A stretch of 64,000 nt of DNA, taken from positions 928,001 to 992,000 of the forward strand of contig OZ219918.1 of the NCBI GenBank assembly GCA_964291415.2. The letters are read 5' to 3'. Below the pieces are notes generated by a model that saw only the letters and a list, made by a program, of their open reading frames with translations, was not told the origin of the DNA and made no database searches. Each line of letters begins with the position of its first letter. Positions within the stretch are counted from its first letter, which is position 1. The position numbers and the translations under genes are program-made. This DNA is from Alphaproteobacteria bacterium. Lineage in GTDB: Bacteria > Pseudomonadota > Alphaproteobacteria > SP197. Below, one piece after another: positions 32,079 through 41,935 of this stretch.

Positions 32079-33260
32079 TCAGGCCTTCTCCCGTCGCTCG
32101 AATCGCTCAAGCATGTCGCTCAGGGCGTCCAGGGGAACGACTTCTCCGTCTTTGCGTGACTGCCGGTCCGAGCCTCCGTAGATGACTGCCCTCGCGCCGA
32201 TTGGCGGCAGGGCTTTCGCCACCCGGTTGAGCGAATTGAACCAGTCGGAGGCGACCGTCGCGCCGGACTTGATCTCGATGGCCCCCATGCCGCTGCCGTT
32301 CTCAAGGAGCAGGTCGCATTCCAGACCGCTGCTGGCACGGAAGAAGGACAGGTTGGACCGGCGTCCGCGATTGAAGCGATGCTTGAGCACCTCCACCACC
32401 ACGGCATTCTCGAACAGCGGCCCACGAAGCGGATGGGTGCCGATCTGCCCTGCGTGGTCGATGCCGATGAGGTGGCTCGCCAACCCGACATCGTAGAAGT
32501 AGAGCTTCGGTGTCTTGACCAGTCTCTTGCGGATGTTGGCGTGAAATGGCGGGAGCCGGAACACGACATAGCTCGCTTCCAGGACCGTAAGCCAGTGGCT
32601 TGCCGTGGTGTGGGATACGCCGGCGTCCGCGCCAAGGGACGACAGGTTGGCCAATTGGCCTACGCGCCCGGCGCAAAGGCGGACAAACCGGCGGAAGTTA
32701 GCGAGATTGCGGATCTCGCCGATCCTGCGCACGTCGCGCTCGACATAGGTCTCGAAGTAGTCGCCAAGAGCCTGCCGGGGTTCGAGCTTCCGGTCGTGAA
32801 TCCGGGGATAGAAGCCGGAGTACAGGATGTCGTCGATGCGGTCGCTCGCACCCGTCTGCCGGCGTTCTGCGAGCGAGAACGGCAGCAGGCGAAGCAATGC
32901 CGTGCGCCCGGCAAGCGACTGGCTTATGGCGTTGGTGAGCCGGAAGTGCTCGCTTCCGGTCAGAACGAAGAGGCTGTTCCGTCCCGCCTCGTCTGCCAGA
33001 ACCTGAAGGTAGGACAGGAGATCGGGGGCACGCTGGATTTCGTCCAGGATGGCCCCTTCGCCAAGGCGGGCGAGAAAGCCCCGGGGATCGGATTCTGCAA
33101 ACTCCCGCTGATCGGGCGCTTCCAGATTGACATAGTCAAGATGCGGGAAGGCCGCGCGGCAGAGCGTGGTCTTGCCCGACTGTCGGGGCCCGGTCACGGT
33201 GACGAATGGGTACTGTTCGAACAATCCGACCAGGCAAGGTGTGATTTCGCGCTCGATCAT
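32079..33260 (-). CDS. AAA_14 ATPase with DUF4143 domain
   Basis: GPRQSGKTT, LDEIQRAP, LTGS, TYVERD, KTPKLYFYDVGL, LFENAV, ECDLL...IEIKSG. Confidence 0.92.
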   Translation of the reverse strand: MIEREITPCLVGLFEQYPFVTVTGPRQSGKTTLCRAAFPHLDYVNLEAPDQREFAESDPRGFLARLGEGAILDEIQRAPDLLSYLQVLADEAGRNSLFVLTGSEHFRLTNAISQSLAGRTALLRLLPFSLAERRQTGASDRIDDILYSGFYPRIHDRKLEPRQALGDYFETYVERDVRRIGEIRNLANFRRFVRLCAGRVGQLANLSSLGADAGVSHTTASHWLTVLEASYVVFRLPPFHANIRKRLVKTPKLYFYDVGLASHLIGIDHAGQIGTHPLRGPLFENAVVVEVLKHRFNRGRRSNLSFFRASSGLECDLLLENGSGMGAIEIKSGATVASDWFNSLNRVAKALPPIGARAVIYGGSDRQSRKDGEVVPLDALSDMLERFERREKA

Positions 33261-33463
33261 GACGCATCGTGATTCATGATCAGTAATATTGCAAGTTCTA
33301 CTTGCAATTTGCACAACACTGGCGGTTTCTATGGCGCCTGCATTCATCAACCATGTCGATACGGTTCCGCCGGACCCGGTGCTCGTATTGGTGGCCCGGA
33401 GTTCGACAAGGGCACGGGGCTGCAACAATCCTCGCCCCAGGAAACCTTGCGGACGCCGTACTC

Positions 33464-33705
33464 GACGCCCGGAAGGACTGGAGCGAACATCCTCCATCAC
33501 TTTCACGCGCTGATCCACGACGCGATGGCAGGTTAGCAGCCGGACACACACTGGCTGCAGTTTGCGATTCTATCCTGCGGAGCGCAGGGTGCGTCGTTGG
33601 CGAGTGCCGATAGACCATGTCCAAGGTCGCGATCAAGGCAACATCGATGGGGTTCGCAAGCAGGCGAGCACCGATGATGGTCGGCTCACGTGGCAACGGC
33701 GCCGA
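33464..33705 (+). repeat. Direct-repeat copy of the Rieske gene 3' end and downstream DNA (partner about 30678-30925)
   Basis: GACGCCCGGAAGGACTGGAGCGA...CTCCATCACTTTCACGC.CTGATCCACGACGCGATGGCAGG.TAG near-identical for about 73 bp, then weaker similarity. Confidence 0.92.
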
Positions 33706-33934
33706 TGATTTCAGTGCAGGCATGCAAACAGGCGCAGAAATGAACTCGCCGCGTCGATGACCAACTGGATGCCCCGGTCCGCCGTTCCGGTTCCGGCCAT
33801 GTCAAAAGCGTTCGCCGAATCTGTCCACACTTGCTGTTTTCATGGAGTATCCGCCGATCTTGCGGCCGGTGAGTTGGCGTAGAGGTCGAGAGTTTTGTGT
33901 ACCCCGTGGAGCGGCGCTTTGCGGATGATACCTG

Positions 33935-34370
33935 TCAGGCATTCTCCCGTCCCTCGAATCGTTCAAGCATCTTGCCCAGAGCGGCCAGGGGAACGACTTC
34001 ACCGTCTTTGAGTGACTGCCAGTCCGAACCTCCATAGATCACCGCCCTGGCGACGATCTGAGGCAGCGCCCTTGCTGTCCGGTGGAGCGAATCGAACCAG
34101 TCGGAAATCACTGTCGCGCCGGGCTTGATCTCGATGGCTCCCATGCCGCTGCCTTTCTCAAGGAGCAGGTCGCACTCCAGACCGCTGCTGGCACGGAAAA
34201 AGGACAGGTCGGACCGGCGGCCCCGATTGAAACGGTGCTTGAGCGCTTCCATCACCACGGCATTCTCGAACAGCGGCCCGCGTAGCGGGAGAGTGGCGAT
34301 CTGCCCGGCATGTTCGATGCCGATGAGGTGGCTCGCCAGCCCGACATCGTAGAAGTAGAGCTTGGATGAC
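33935..34370 (-). pseudogene. 5'-truncated paralogue of the AAA/DUF4143 gene; similarity extends downstream (33728-34363 vs 31880-32510)
   Basis: KLYFYDVGLASHLIGI...LFENAVV.E.LKHRFNRGRRS.LSFFRASSGLECDLLLE shared; N-terminal ATPase domain absent. Confidence 0.9.
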
Positions 34371-34781
34371 CTGATCAGCCGCTTGTGGGAAGTGTTGCGG
34401 GCTGGGCGGGAGCCGAAACCGTTCAAACTACGTGACGTCAGTGATTGCGGTCGGGGATTGCAGGCTGCGTGACGGCATGGCGGCTGGGAACGCATAGGTG
34501 ACGCCACCTTTGAAGCGCGGGGAAGTCGACCGCCGTCGTCACGGACATCCTTGCCCGTGCCCACCGGGCGAACTCGACGTAGTTTCGGCCAACCCGTATG
34601 GGCATCGAGGAGCCGGCCGAGGAGCGCGTGCGCCGGGACCTGCCCTGCCCTGCGTTCAGGAATTCATCGCCATTGTGGCACGCCCGCAGATCTATGGCCC
34701 GCCATGGTCAACAGTGGAAGGGCTTGGACAGGTGGATGCCAGGCCCGAATCTCCGACATTGGACCCTGGAAACTGACGTTA

Positions 34782-34875
34782 TTGACTGTTGGCGCTCAAG
34801 CACCTACAACTGGGCACCAATTGCGCCCCGCCGGACTCGCCGAAAGGCCCCGGCGGGGTTATTGATGCGCGAGTC
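34782..34875 (+). promoter_or_regulatory. Promoter and structured leader RNA of the NYN gene
   Basis: TTGACT-17 nt-TACAAC; stem CCCCGCCGG (34826-34834)/CCGGCGGGG (34850-34858), ACTC/C internal loop, GCC-GAAA-GGC apical hairpin. Confidence 0.65.
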
Positions 34876-35502
34876 ATGCCAGTCGAGCCAGAAAGTAAAC
34901 GTGCCGTTTCGTTCATCGACGGCCAAAATCTGTTCCGGCATGCCAAGGATGCCTTCGGTCACCATCATCCCAACTACGATCCGGCCAAACTCGCCGCGAC
35001 CGTCCGTGCTGCCAACGGTTGGATCGATGCTGGCGTCCGCTTCTACACCGGCGTTCCGGACGCAGACAGATCGCCGATGTGGCATGCCTACTGGACGCGG
35101 CGTCTTACCGTCATGCGCCGCGCCGGCATCGTCGTAACTTCCCGGCGGCTGCGTTACCGGATCGAGCAAATACGCCTTCCGGATGGCGCGACACACGATG
35201 TGCCGGTGCAGCGGGAGAAGGGGATCGATCTTCGACTGGGCCTCGATGTGGTCCGCATGGCGCGCAACGGCGACCTTGATGTGGCAGTGATCTTCAGCCA
35301 GGACCAGGACCTGGCCGAGGTGGCGCGCGAAGTCCGCGATATCTCGCGGACCCGAAATCTCTGGCTGAAGGTCGTCTCAGCCTATCCCTACGGATCAAGC
35401 GCGAGTTCCACCCGTGGGATTGATCGGACCGACTGGTTCCGGATGGACCGCGAATTCTACGATTCCTGCCTCGATCCGAGAGACTATCGACCTGGCCGCT
35501 GA
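34876..35502 (+). CDS. NYN-domain (LabA-like PIN fold) ribonuclease
   Basis: FIDGQNLF, VRFYTG, EKGIDLRLGLD, IFSQDQDL. Confidence 0.9.
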   Translation: MPVEPESKRAVSFIDGQNLFRHAKDAFGHHHPNYDPAKLAATVRAANGWIDAGVRFYTGVPDADRSPMWHAYWTRRLTVMRRAGIVVTSRRLRYRIEQIRLPDGATHDVPVQREKGIDLRLGLDVVRMARNGDLDVAVIFSQDQDLAEVAREVRDISRTRNLWLKVVSAYPYGSSASSTRGIDRTDWFRMDREFYDSCLDPRDYRPGR

Positions 35503-35726
35503 ACGAACGCATACGCTGCATGTAGCGCAAGCGTGTCGGGAAGGGCCATGCCGCGCGGGCCATGATGTCGGAACAACAGTGAGAGCGATTGATCGCCATC
35601 GCCATTGCAGTGGGAAAGGAGACATCTGCGAATGGTTCGATCGGAGTCCGGCCTGGAGCGCGTCGGATGAAAGTCGCGCGCGTTGTCGATGTCATGTCGG
35701 GAGCCGTGGCGACGTGGCCGGAGAGG

Positions 35727-37088
35727 TCAGGTTGCGAGGAGGGTGTCGATCCAGAGACGGGCGACGTCGAGGTAGAGATCGATGTCGGCCCGGGTCATGG
35801 CGAAGGAGACCGTCGGGCCGGCGGTGGCGGTGGCTTCCCAGATACCGCGGTTGGCCATGAAGATGCGCCGTGAATCGGTGAGAGGGATGTCGGCGAGACG
35901 CGCCGCCTCGGCGCCGCTTCGGGGCTCGTCGCGGTGGTAGAGCCAGCCGGCCCGGCTGTGGAGATGTTGCGCCTTCCAGCCGAGGTTCGCGTCATCGATG
36001 ATCTTCTGGATGCCCCGGGCCAGAACGCCGCCGAGTTCGGATGTTCGCGCGTAGGCCTCGCGGGTCATGACATGGTCAAGGCAGGCGCGGGCGGCGGCAA
36101 ACGAGAGCGCATTGCCGTAGAGCGTGCCGCCGACGGCGAGACCGCCGGCGTCGCCGAACGGATCGAAGAGATGGCGGTCCATCAGTTCCGCGAGGTGTGA
36201 CTCGAAACCGTAGGCGCCGATCGGCACGCCCCCGGCGAAGTTCTTGCCGATGACGACGATGTGCGGATTGAGTTTGGCGTGCCGTGCCAGGCCGCCCCAG
36301 GCGAACATGTGGGTATGGGTCTCGTCGACAACGAGAAGGGTGCCTTGGGACTCGGCAAGCGCGCGCAGGCTCTCGAGAAACCCGTCACGAGGGAGGACCA
36401 GACCGACATTGGTGAGCGCCGGCTCGACGACGAGGGCGGCAATCCTGCCCCCCGCGAGTTCCCGGCGAACGGCTTCAAGGTCGTTGTAGGGCACGATGGT
36501 GGTGTGCCGGCCATGATCGTGCGGCAGTCCCAGGGAACCGGACGACGGTTCATCGTGAGAGTAGTCGGCCAGCGTCTCGTCGATGTGACCGTGGTAGCTG
36601 CCATCGAACATGAGGATGCCGTCCCGCCCTGTGGCAAGGCGCGCCAGGCGCAGCGCCTCGGTCATCGCCGATGACGCAGACAGCGTGAACTGCCAGTAAC
36701 CGAGGACAAACCGGTTGGCGAGATCGCCGGCAACCGACACGGCGTCCTCGCACGGCATGAGGAACTGGCCCCCCGCCCTCATCTGTCGTGACACGGCCTC
36801 CACCACTTCGGGCGTGGCATAGCCCGCCGTCGATGAAAGGTCGGCCTGGTTGAAGTCGACATAGCGGTGGCCGTCCACATCGGTGAACGTGGCCCCGTGT
36901 CCCGATTCCACGAAGACCGGTTCATGATGCTGGAGGCCCCGCATCCATGCCATGGGCACTCCTGACGGCATGAGTTCGCCAGCACGTCGGACAAGGGCTG
37001 CGGACTGCGGTCTCGCCTGGTGAAACCGGTCGTTCTCGCGCCTGACGAGTTCGGCAACGGCGCAACGCCGGATGCGGCGCTCAGACAT
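35727..37088 (-). CDS. Class III aminotransferase (glutamate-1-semialdehyde aminomutase-like)
   Basis: MPSGVPMAW, DVDGHRYVDF, GSYHGH, EPALTN, VVDETHT, IGKNFAGG; overlaps ychF stop. Confidence 0.88.
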   Translation of the reverse strand: MSERRIRRCAVAELVRRENDRFHQARPQSAALVRRAGELMPSGVPMAWMRGLQHHEPVFVESGHGATFTDVDGHRYVDFNQADLSSTAGYATPEVVEAVSRQMRAGGQFLMPCEDAVSVAGDLANRFVLGYWQFTLSASSAMTEALRLARLATGRDGILMFDGSYHGHIDETLADYSHDEPSSGSLGLPHDHGRHTTIVPYNDLEAVRRELAGGRIAALVVEPALTNVGLVLPRDGFLESLRALAESQGTLLVVDETHTHMFAWGGLARHAKLNPHIVVIGKNFAGGVPIGAYGFESHLAELMDRHLFDPFGDAGGLAVGGTLYGNALSFAAARACLDHVMTREAYARTSELGGVLARGIQKIIDDANLGWKAQHLHSRAGWLYHRDEPRSGAEAARLADIPLTDSRRIFMANRGIWEATATAGPTVSFAMTRADIDLYLDVARLWIDTLLAT

Positions 37089-38184
37089 TGAAGCGGAAGC
37101 AGAAGACATCGCCATCCATCACCTTGTAGTTGCGACCTTCGCGGCGCATCAGGCCCCGTGACCGCGCATCCTGCTCGCTGGCACAGGCGACAAGGTCACA
37201 ATGGGCAATGGTCTCCGCGCAGATGAAGCCGCGCTCCATGTCGCTGTGGACGGTTCCCGCGGCCTGGGCTGCCGTGGCGCCGTTCGTGATCGACCAGGCG
37301 CGCGCCTCCTTCGGTCCCGTGGTGAAGAATGTGATGAGCCCGAGCATCTCGTGGGTGGCGCGGATGATGCGACTGAGACCAGGCTCTCCCAGACCGAGTT
37401 CCTCGAGAAAGGCCTCGCGTTCGTCCCCGCCGGGCAGTGCGGCGAGTTCGGATTCCAGGGAGGCGGCAACGGCGACCGCGCGGCTGCCGTTGCGCTCGGC
37501 AAGGCACCCCACCTCGCGGACGAGAGGGTTGCAGTCCGCTACGGCATCGTCGTCGACGTTGCACACGTAGAGGACCGGCCGGGCAGTCAGCAAGTGCAGC
37601 ATGGCGAATGCCTTCGCCTCGCCCAGGGAGAGTTGAACGGAGCGCGCCGGCCTTCCGGCGGCAAGAGCCTCGAGCGCCCGCTGCATGAGAGGCAGGATCT
37701 CTGCCGCTTCCCTGTCACCACCCGCAGCGCGCTTCGACGCCGCCTCGGTCCGTCGCTCCAGACTCTCCAGATCGGCCAGCATGAGTTCTGTTTCGATGGT
37801 TTCGATGTCGCGCAGCGGATCGACCGCGCCATCGACGTGGGCGACGTCGCCGCCTTCGAAGCAGCGGACAAGGTGGAGGATGGCATCGACTTCGCGGATG
37901 CTGGCGAGAAACCGGTTTCCCAGGCCCTCGCCCCGACTCGCCCCCTTGACCAGACCGGCGATGTCGAGGAATTCGATATGGTTGCGGACGGCCTTCGGTG
38001 CCTGGCTGAAGGCGGCAAGGGCGTCGAGACGCTCATCGGGCACGCTGACGCGTCCGATGTTGGGCTCGATGGTCGAGAACGGAAAGTTGCCGACCTGGGC
38101 TGCCGCCGTTGACGTCAGGGCATTGAAGAGCGTCGACTTGCCGACATTGGGCAGACCGACGATGCCGCACCTAATGCCGGACAT
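37081..38184 (-). CDS. ychF: Redox-regulated ATPase YchF
   Basis: GIVGLPNVGKSTLFNALT, DIAGLVKGAS, HSDMERGFICAE, DGDVFCFRFNV. Confidence 0.97.
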   Translation of the reverse strand: MSGIRCGIVGLPNVGKSTLFNALTSTAAAQVGNFPFSTIEPNIGRVSVPDERLDALAAFSQAPKAVRNHIEFLDIAGLVKGASRGEGLGNRFLASIREVDAILHLVRCFEGGDVAHVDGAVDPLRDIETIETELMLADLESLERRTEAASKRAAGGDREAAEILPLMQRALEALAAGRPARSVQLSLGEAKAFAMLHLLTARPVLYVCNVDDDAVADCNPLVREVGCLAERNGSRAVAVAASLESELAALPGGDEREAFLEELGLGEPGLSRIIRATHEMLGLITFFTTGPKEARAWSITNGATAAQAAGTVHSDMERGFICAETIAHCDLVACASEQDARSRGLMRREGRNYKVMDGDVFCFRFNV

Positions 38185-38767
38185 CGCCGTCACCGGGTTC
38201 CGGTCCGACCAGGAGGGCGACCCGGCTCTGGAACCTGTCATCCGCACCGTCGGCGAGGAATGGCGCGGCATCGGCGATCGCATCGAGAACGACGTCGACC
38301 CGCCGGCGTTCCGAAGCCGGAAAGTCCTTCAGGACGTGACCGATCACAAAGTCCCTGTGGCCTGGATGACTGACTCCGATCCTCACGCGCCGGTAGTCCG
38401 CGCCGATATGGGCGTGAATGCTCCTGATGCCGTTGTGCCCGGCATGGCCACCTCCCTGTTTCACCCGCACCTTGCCCAGCGCCAGGTCGATCTCGTCATA
38501 GAGGACGACGATTCCGGATCCAGGCAGGTGGAAGAACCGGACGATCTCACCGAGGGCCCGCCCCGAGTTGTTCATGTAGACGAGGGGCTTGAACAGCAGT
38601 GTCTTCAGTCCGCCGAGCACGCCTTCGGCGGCTTCACCGTGGAATCGCTTCCGCCAGGCGCCAAATCCGTGTGCTGCCGCGATCCTGTCGACCGCCATGA
38701 AGCCGATGTTGTGGCGCTGGCGCGCATGCCGGGTACCGGGGTTGCCCAGCCCGGCGAGCAGCAACAT
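38171..38767 (-). CDS. pth: Peptidyl-tRNA hydrolase
   Basis: GLGNPG, RHNIGF, YMNNSG, GGHAGHNG. Confidence 0.96.
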   Translation of the reverse strand: MLLLAGLGNPGTRHARQRHNIGFMAVDRIAAAHGFGAWRKRFHGEAAEGVLGGLKTLLFKPLVYMNNSGRALGEIVRFFHLPGSGIVVLYDEIDLALGKVRVKQGGGHAGHNGIRSIHAHIGADYRRVRIGVSHPGHRDFVIGHVLKDFPASERRRVDVVLDAIADAAPFLADGADDRFQSRVALLVGPEPGDGDVRH

Positions 38768-38792
38768 GTCAGGACCGTGCAGGACGACCGGT

Positions 38793-39452
38793 TTACTCTC
38801 CGGTATCGACGTCTCCCGCATCCACGCCTTCCTCGGCGTCTTCCTCGTCCACCTCTTCTTCCTCGTCTTCGACAAGGTCGGTCGCCACCGTCGGTGCGGC
38901 GATCGTGGCAATGGTGAAGTCCCGGTCGTCGATCGTGGGCGCGACTTCAGCCGGCAGGCTGACGGCGCTGATGTGGACGCTGTCGCCAATGTCGAGCCCT
39001 GCCAGATCAATCTCGATGGTGTCGGGAATGGCGTTGGCCGGGCAGTGGCACTCGATTTCGTGGCGCACGACATTGAGCACGCCGCCACGGCGCAGACCCT
39101 GACAGTCCTCCTCGTTGACGAAGGTGACAGGGATGTTGACCGCGATGGTCGAATCCGCGGTGACCGCGAGAAAATCGACATGCAGGATGGTGTCGGTGAC
39201 CGGATGGAGCTGCAGGTCGCGCGCCACCACATCGAGATTTCGGTCCGCCACCTTCAGGCGATACAGCGTGGAAAAGAACCCCGCGGTTCCGGCTTCGCGG
39301 GCGAGTACGTCGCGCGGCACCGAGATGGAGATGTTCTCGAGGCTGGCGCCGTAGACCACGCCCGGGATCAGACCATTGCGCCGCGCCTCGCGGGCGGCAC
39401 CGGTCCCGGAACGACTGCGCAGTTCGGCTGCAATGGTGGCCTGGTTGTCCAT
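38793..39452 (-). CDS. rplY: 50S ribosomal protein L25/Ctc
   Basis: IPGVVYG, QLHPVTD, HVDF, GLDIGDSVH, acidic tail. Confidence 0.96.
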   Translation of the reverse strand: MDNQATIAAELRSRSGTGAAREARRNGLIPGVVYGASLENISISVPRDVLAREAGTAGFFSTLYRLKVADRNLDVVARDLQLHPVTDTILHVDFLAVTADSTIAVNIPVTFVNEEDCQGLRRGGVLNVVRHEIECHCPANAIPDTIEIDLAGLDIGDSVHISAVSLPAEVAPTIDDRDFTIATIAAPTVATDLVEDEEEEVDEEDAEEGVDAGDVDTGE

Positions 39453-39480
39453 GTTTTCATACTCCGGGCAGAAACGTGAC

Positions 39481-40413
39481 CTAGTCGAAGAGGCTGGATA
39501 CCGAGCTTTCCTCGCTGATTCTCTGGACGGCGCTGGCCATGAGCGGAGCCACGGTGATCACCCTCAGAGTCCGGGACTCCAGGACCTCCGGGGTCGGCTC
39601 GATCGAATCCGTGATTGTCATGCTGGCGATCTCCGATGCATCAATCCGTTCGACAGCACAGCCAGACAACACGCCGTGAACAATGTAGGCGTCGACCCCG
39701 GAGGCACCCGCTTCGAGCAACGCTGTCGCTGCGTTGCACAGTGTGCCGCCTGAATCGACGATATCATCGACAATGATGCAGCGCCGGCCATTGACGTCCC
39801 CGATGATGTTCAACACCTCGGAAACTCCGGCGCGCTCGCGGCGCTTATCGACGATTGCAAGGTCCGCGTCAAGCCGCTGGGCGACCTGGCGGGCGCGGAA
39901 GACGCCACCGACGTCCGGGGAGACGATGGTCAGGTTGCTGTCGCCGAGCGTCGCGCGGATATCCTGAACCATACCGGGGGCGGCGTAGAGGTTGTCGACC
40001 GGGATGTCGAAGAATCCCTGGATCTGGCCGGCATGGAGGTCCAGTGTCAGGATGCGGTTGGAGCCGGCTTCGGTGAGGAGGTTGGCCACGAGCTTGGCCG
40101 AAATCGGGGTGCGAGATCCGACTTTCCTGTCCTGGCGGCCGTATCCGAAGTAGGGGATCACGGCGGTGATGCGCCGGGCCGACGCGCGGCGCAGGGCATC
40201 GATCGTGATCAGCAGTTCCATGACGTGATCGTTTGCCGGGAAGGAGGTCGACTGGATCACGAAGACGTCCTCTCCACGCACGTTCTCGTGGACCTCGACA
40301 AACACCTCCATGTCGGCAAAGCGCCGGATGCTGGCGTCGGCAAGGCTGAGGCCAAGACCGGCGGCCATGGCCTCGGCCATCGGCCGGTTGCTGTTGCCGG
40401 AGACAAGTTTCAT
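39481..40413 (-). CDS. prs: Ribose-phosphate pyrophosphokinase
   Basis: [46 protein letters not shown]. Confidence 0.98.
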   Translation of the reverse strand: MKLVSGNSNRPMAEAMAAGLGLSLADASIRRFADMEVFVEVHENVRGEDVFVIQSTSFPANDHVMELLITIDALRRASARRITAVIPYFGYGRQDRKVGSRTPISAKLVANLLTEAGSNRILTLDLHAGQIQGFFDIPVDNLYAAPGMVQDIRATLGDSNLTIVSPDVGGVFRARQVAQRLDADLAIVDKRRERAGVSEVLNIIGDVNGRRCIIVDDIVDSGGTLCNAATALLEAGASGVDAYIVHGVLSGCAVERIDASEIASMTITDSIEPTPEVLESRTLRVITVAPLMASAVQRISEESSVSSLFD

Positions 40414-40569
40414 GAAGCGTTCCGCACCCTCCAATGCCGGGCACTCATAGCGAAGGGCGTCCGGCAGCGCAATTCCTGTCAGGCGGTGCAGATGACGCGG
40501 ATCCTCCGGCCATGGTTCGGTTCATGCCGGAGTACGCTCCGGCGACAGCTAGTGAAGCACTCCTCCTCG
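40294..40569 (+). repeat. Direct repeat A of the prs 5'/intergenic/pgeF 3' junction (partner 43973-44234)
   Basis: GCCATGGCCTCGGCCATCGGCCGGTT.CTGTTGCCGGA, TGAAGCGTTCCGCA, AATGCCGGGCACT, CGGTTCATGCCGGAG.ACGCTCCGGCGA shared; this copy has the intact prs start and a decayed pgeF end. Confidence 0.93.
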
Positions 40570-40583
40570 TGACCAGTCCTCAT

Positions 40584-40910
40584 TCAGTCCGTAACCCGAT
40601 GGATGCGTTGATGCAGATCGCTCGATAGCGTCTCTATTGCGCGAGGGACCAAAGGCAGCAGGTCCGCAAGACGGTTTCGCGGCGCCAGCATGAGGATGAC
40701 CGGGAGCGGTAGTGCATTGAGGTTCTGCTGATGTTCGATACCGCGGTCGACGGTGATCATCGCATCAATACCATCATCGGCGGCAAGCGCCATCAGGGGA
40801 CCATTCTCAACTCCCGCCCAACCCATTTGTTGGACCGTACGCACCGTGAACACTTGGGGAAAGGATCCGGCAAGACGCCTTGGCACCGATTCATCAAACA
40901 GCAGCTTCAT
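40584..40910 (-). CDS. DUF5615 PIN-like toxin
   Basis: MKLLFDESVP, TVQQMGWAG, MITVDR..EHQQNL; overlaps DUF433 gene. Confidence 0.82.
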   Translation of the reverse strand: MKLLFDESVPRRLAGSFPQVFTVRTVQQMGWAGVENGPLMALAADDGIDAMITVDRGIEHQQNLNALPLPVILMLAPRNRLADLLPLVPRAIETLSSDLHQRIHRVTD

Positions 40911-41118
40911 CGTCACCGATCACCAACATCCTGGTTGCACGTTCGAGTAACGCGACCGCTTGGTGCCGCGAGACCGTCGGGTAGTCGTCCAGAAAGTCGT
41001 CCAGCCGGTCCCCTGCTTCAAGATGCTCCATGAGGATGCGCACGGGAACCCTGGTTCCCGCGAAAACGGGCGTGCCGCCGAGGATGTCCGGGTTCCGGTC
41101 AATCAGCCTATCGGTCAT
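40894..41118 (-). CDS. DUF433 antitoxin
   Basis: PDILGGTPVFAGTRVPV, FLDDYPTV. Confidence 0.9.
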   Translation of the reverse strand: MTDRLIDRNPDILGGTPVFAGTRVPVRILMEHLEAGDRLDDFLDDYPTVSRHQAVALLERATRMLVIGDDEAAV

Positions 41119-41338
41119 TGCATTGCTCCGTGCCAGAAGACGTGGATGTTGAGCGATTCTGCCATCATTGTCGTTCAACTAGCGAGGCTTCGCCTCAGAC
41201 CGACGAAGTTTGGTTTGTTGGTGTGAAGGAGGACTCCGCCCGCTGTTTCGCTCCGCGGTGTGACCCGCCTGATACAGCCCGAGGGCCAAGTTGGCTTATG
41301 ATAGCCATGTGGGGAACCCATCGTTCGGAGTCCAGAAG

Positions 41339-41935
41339 ATGACAACAGCGCGATCTGCCGGTGTCGTCCTCGAGAATCATGTGACGCTGGATCTTGAACG
41401 CCTCGACAGGCTGTATCTCGACGCCTGCGTACCGATGCTGCAGACGGGCGGAGGGACGGCCTGGTTCTTTCGCGAAGTGCGGGGCAATCCCGTTCCCATC
41501 GGTCCTGATGGCGCCGATGACCCGGCGGCTCGTGACAAGTCTGGAGCGCTTTGCCCAGCATCAGGGTGTGGACCTTGTCAGCCTCAGAAAAGGTGAGCGC
41601 AAGGACGACGTGACGAAGAAGTACCTTCGTCGCTGGTCCGGTGGCGAGGATGTTCTCTACATTGGCAAGGCCCAGGAGAAGGCCCGTGTGCTGCGCACGC
41701 AAAGTCGTGTGGATCCCGTCACCGGCAAGGCGTCTCCCGAACTGGTCCCCAGCACGGCGATTGTCAATGCCTGCTACATCTACCTCGTCGACGACGACTT
41801 CGGCCCCTGCTTCGTCAAGTTCCGTTCGTACTTCCCCTACAATGCCAAGCTGTGCCTCAACGGTCACGAGACCTTGAAGCGGCAGCTGGGCAAGCGCCGG
41901 GTGTCCGCCCTGCGCTTCGGCGACTCCCGGACACC
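41339..41935 (+). mobile_element. Frameshifted, internally deleted remnant of an uncharacterised putative transposase family
   Basis: HVTLDLERLDRLYL, RKDD, IGKAQEK, DDDFGPCFVKFRSYFPYNAKLCLNGHE, joined directly to SALRFGD; family recalled from memory. Confidence 0.6.
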
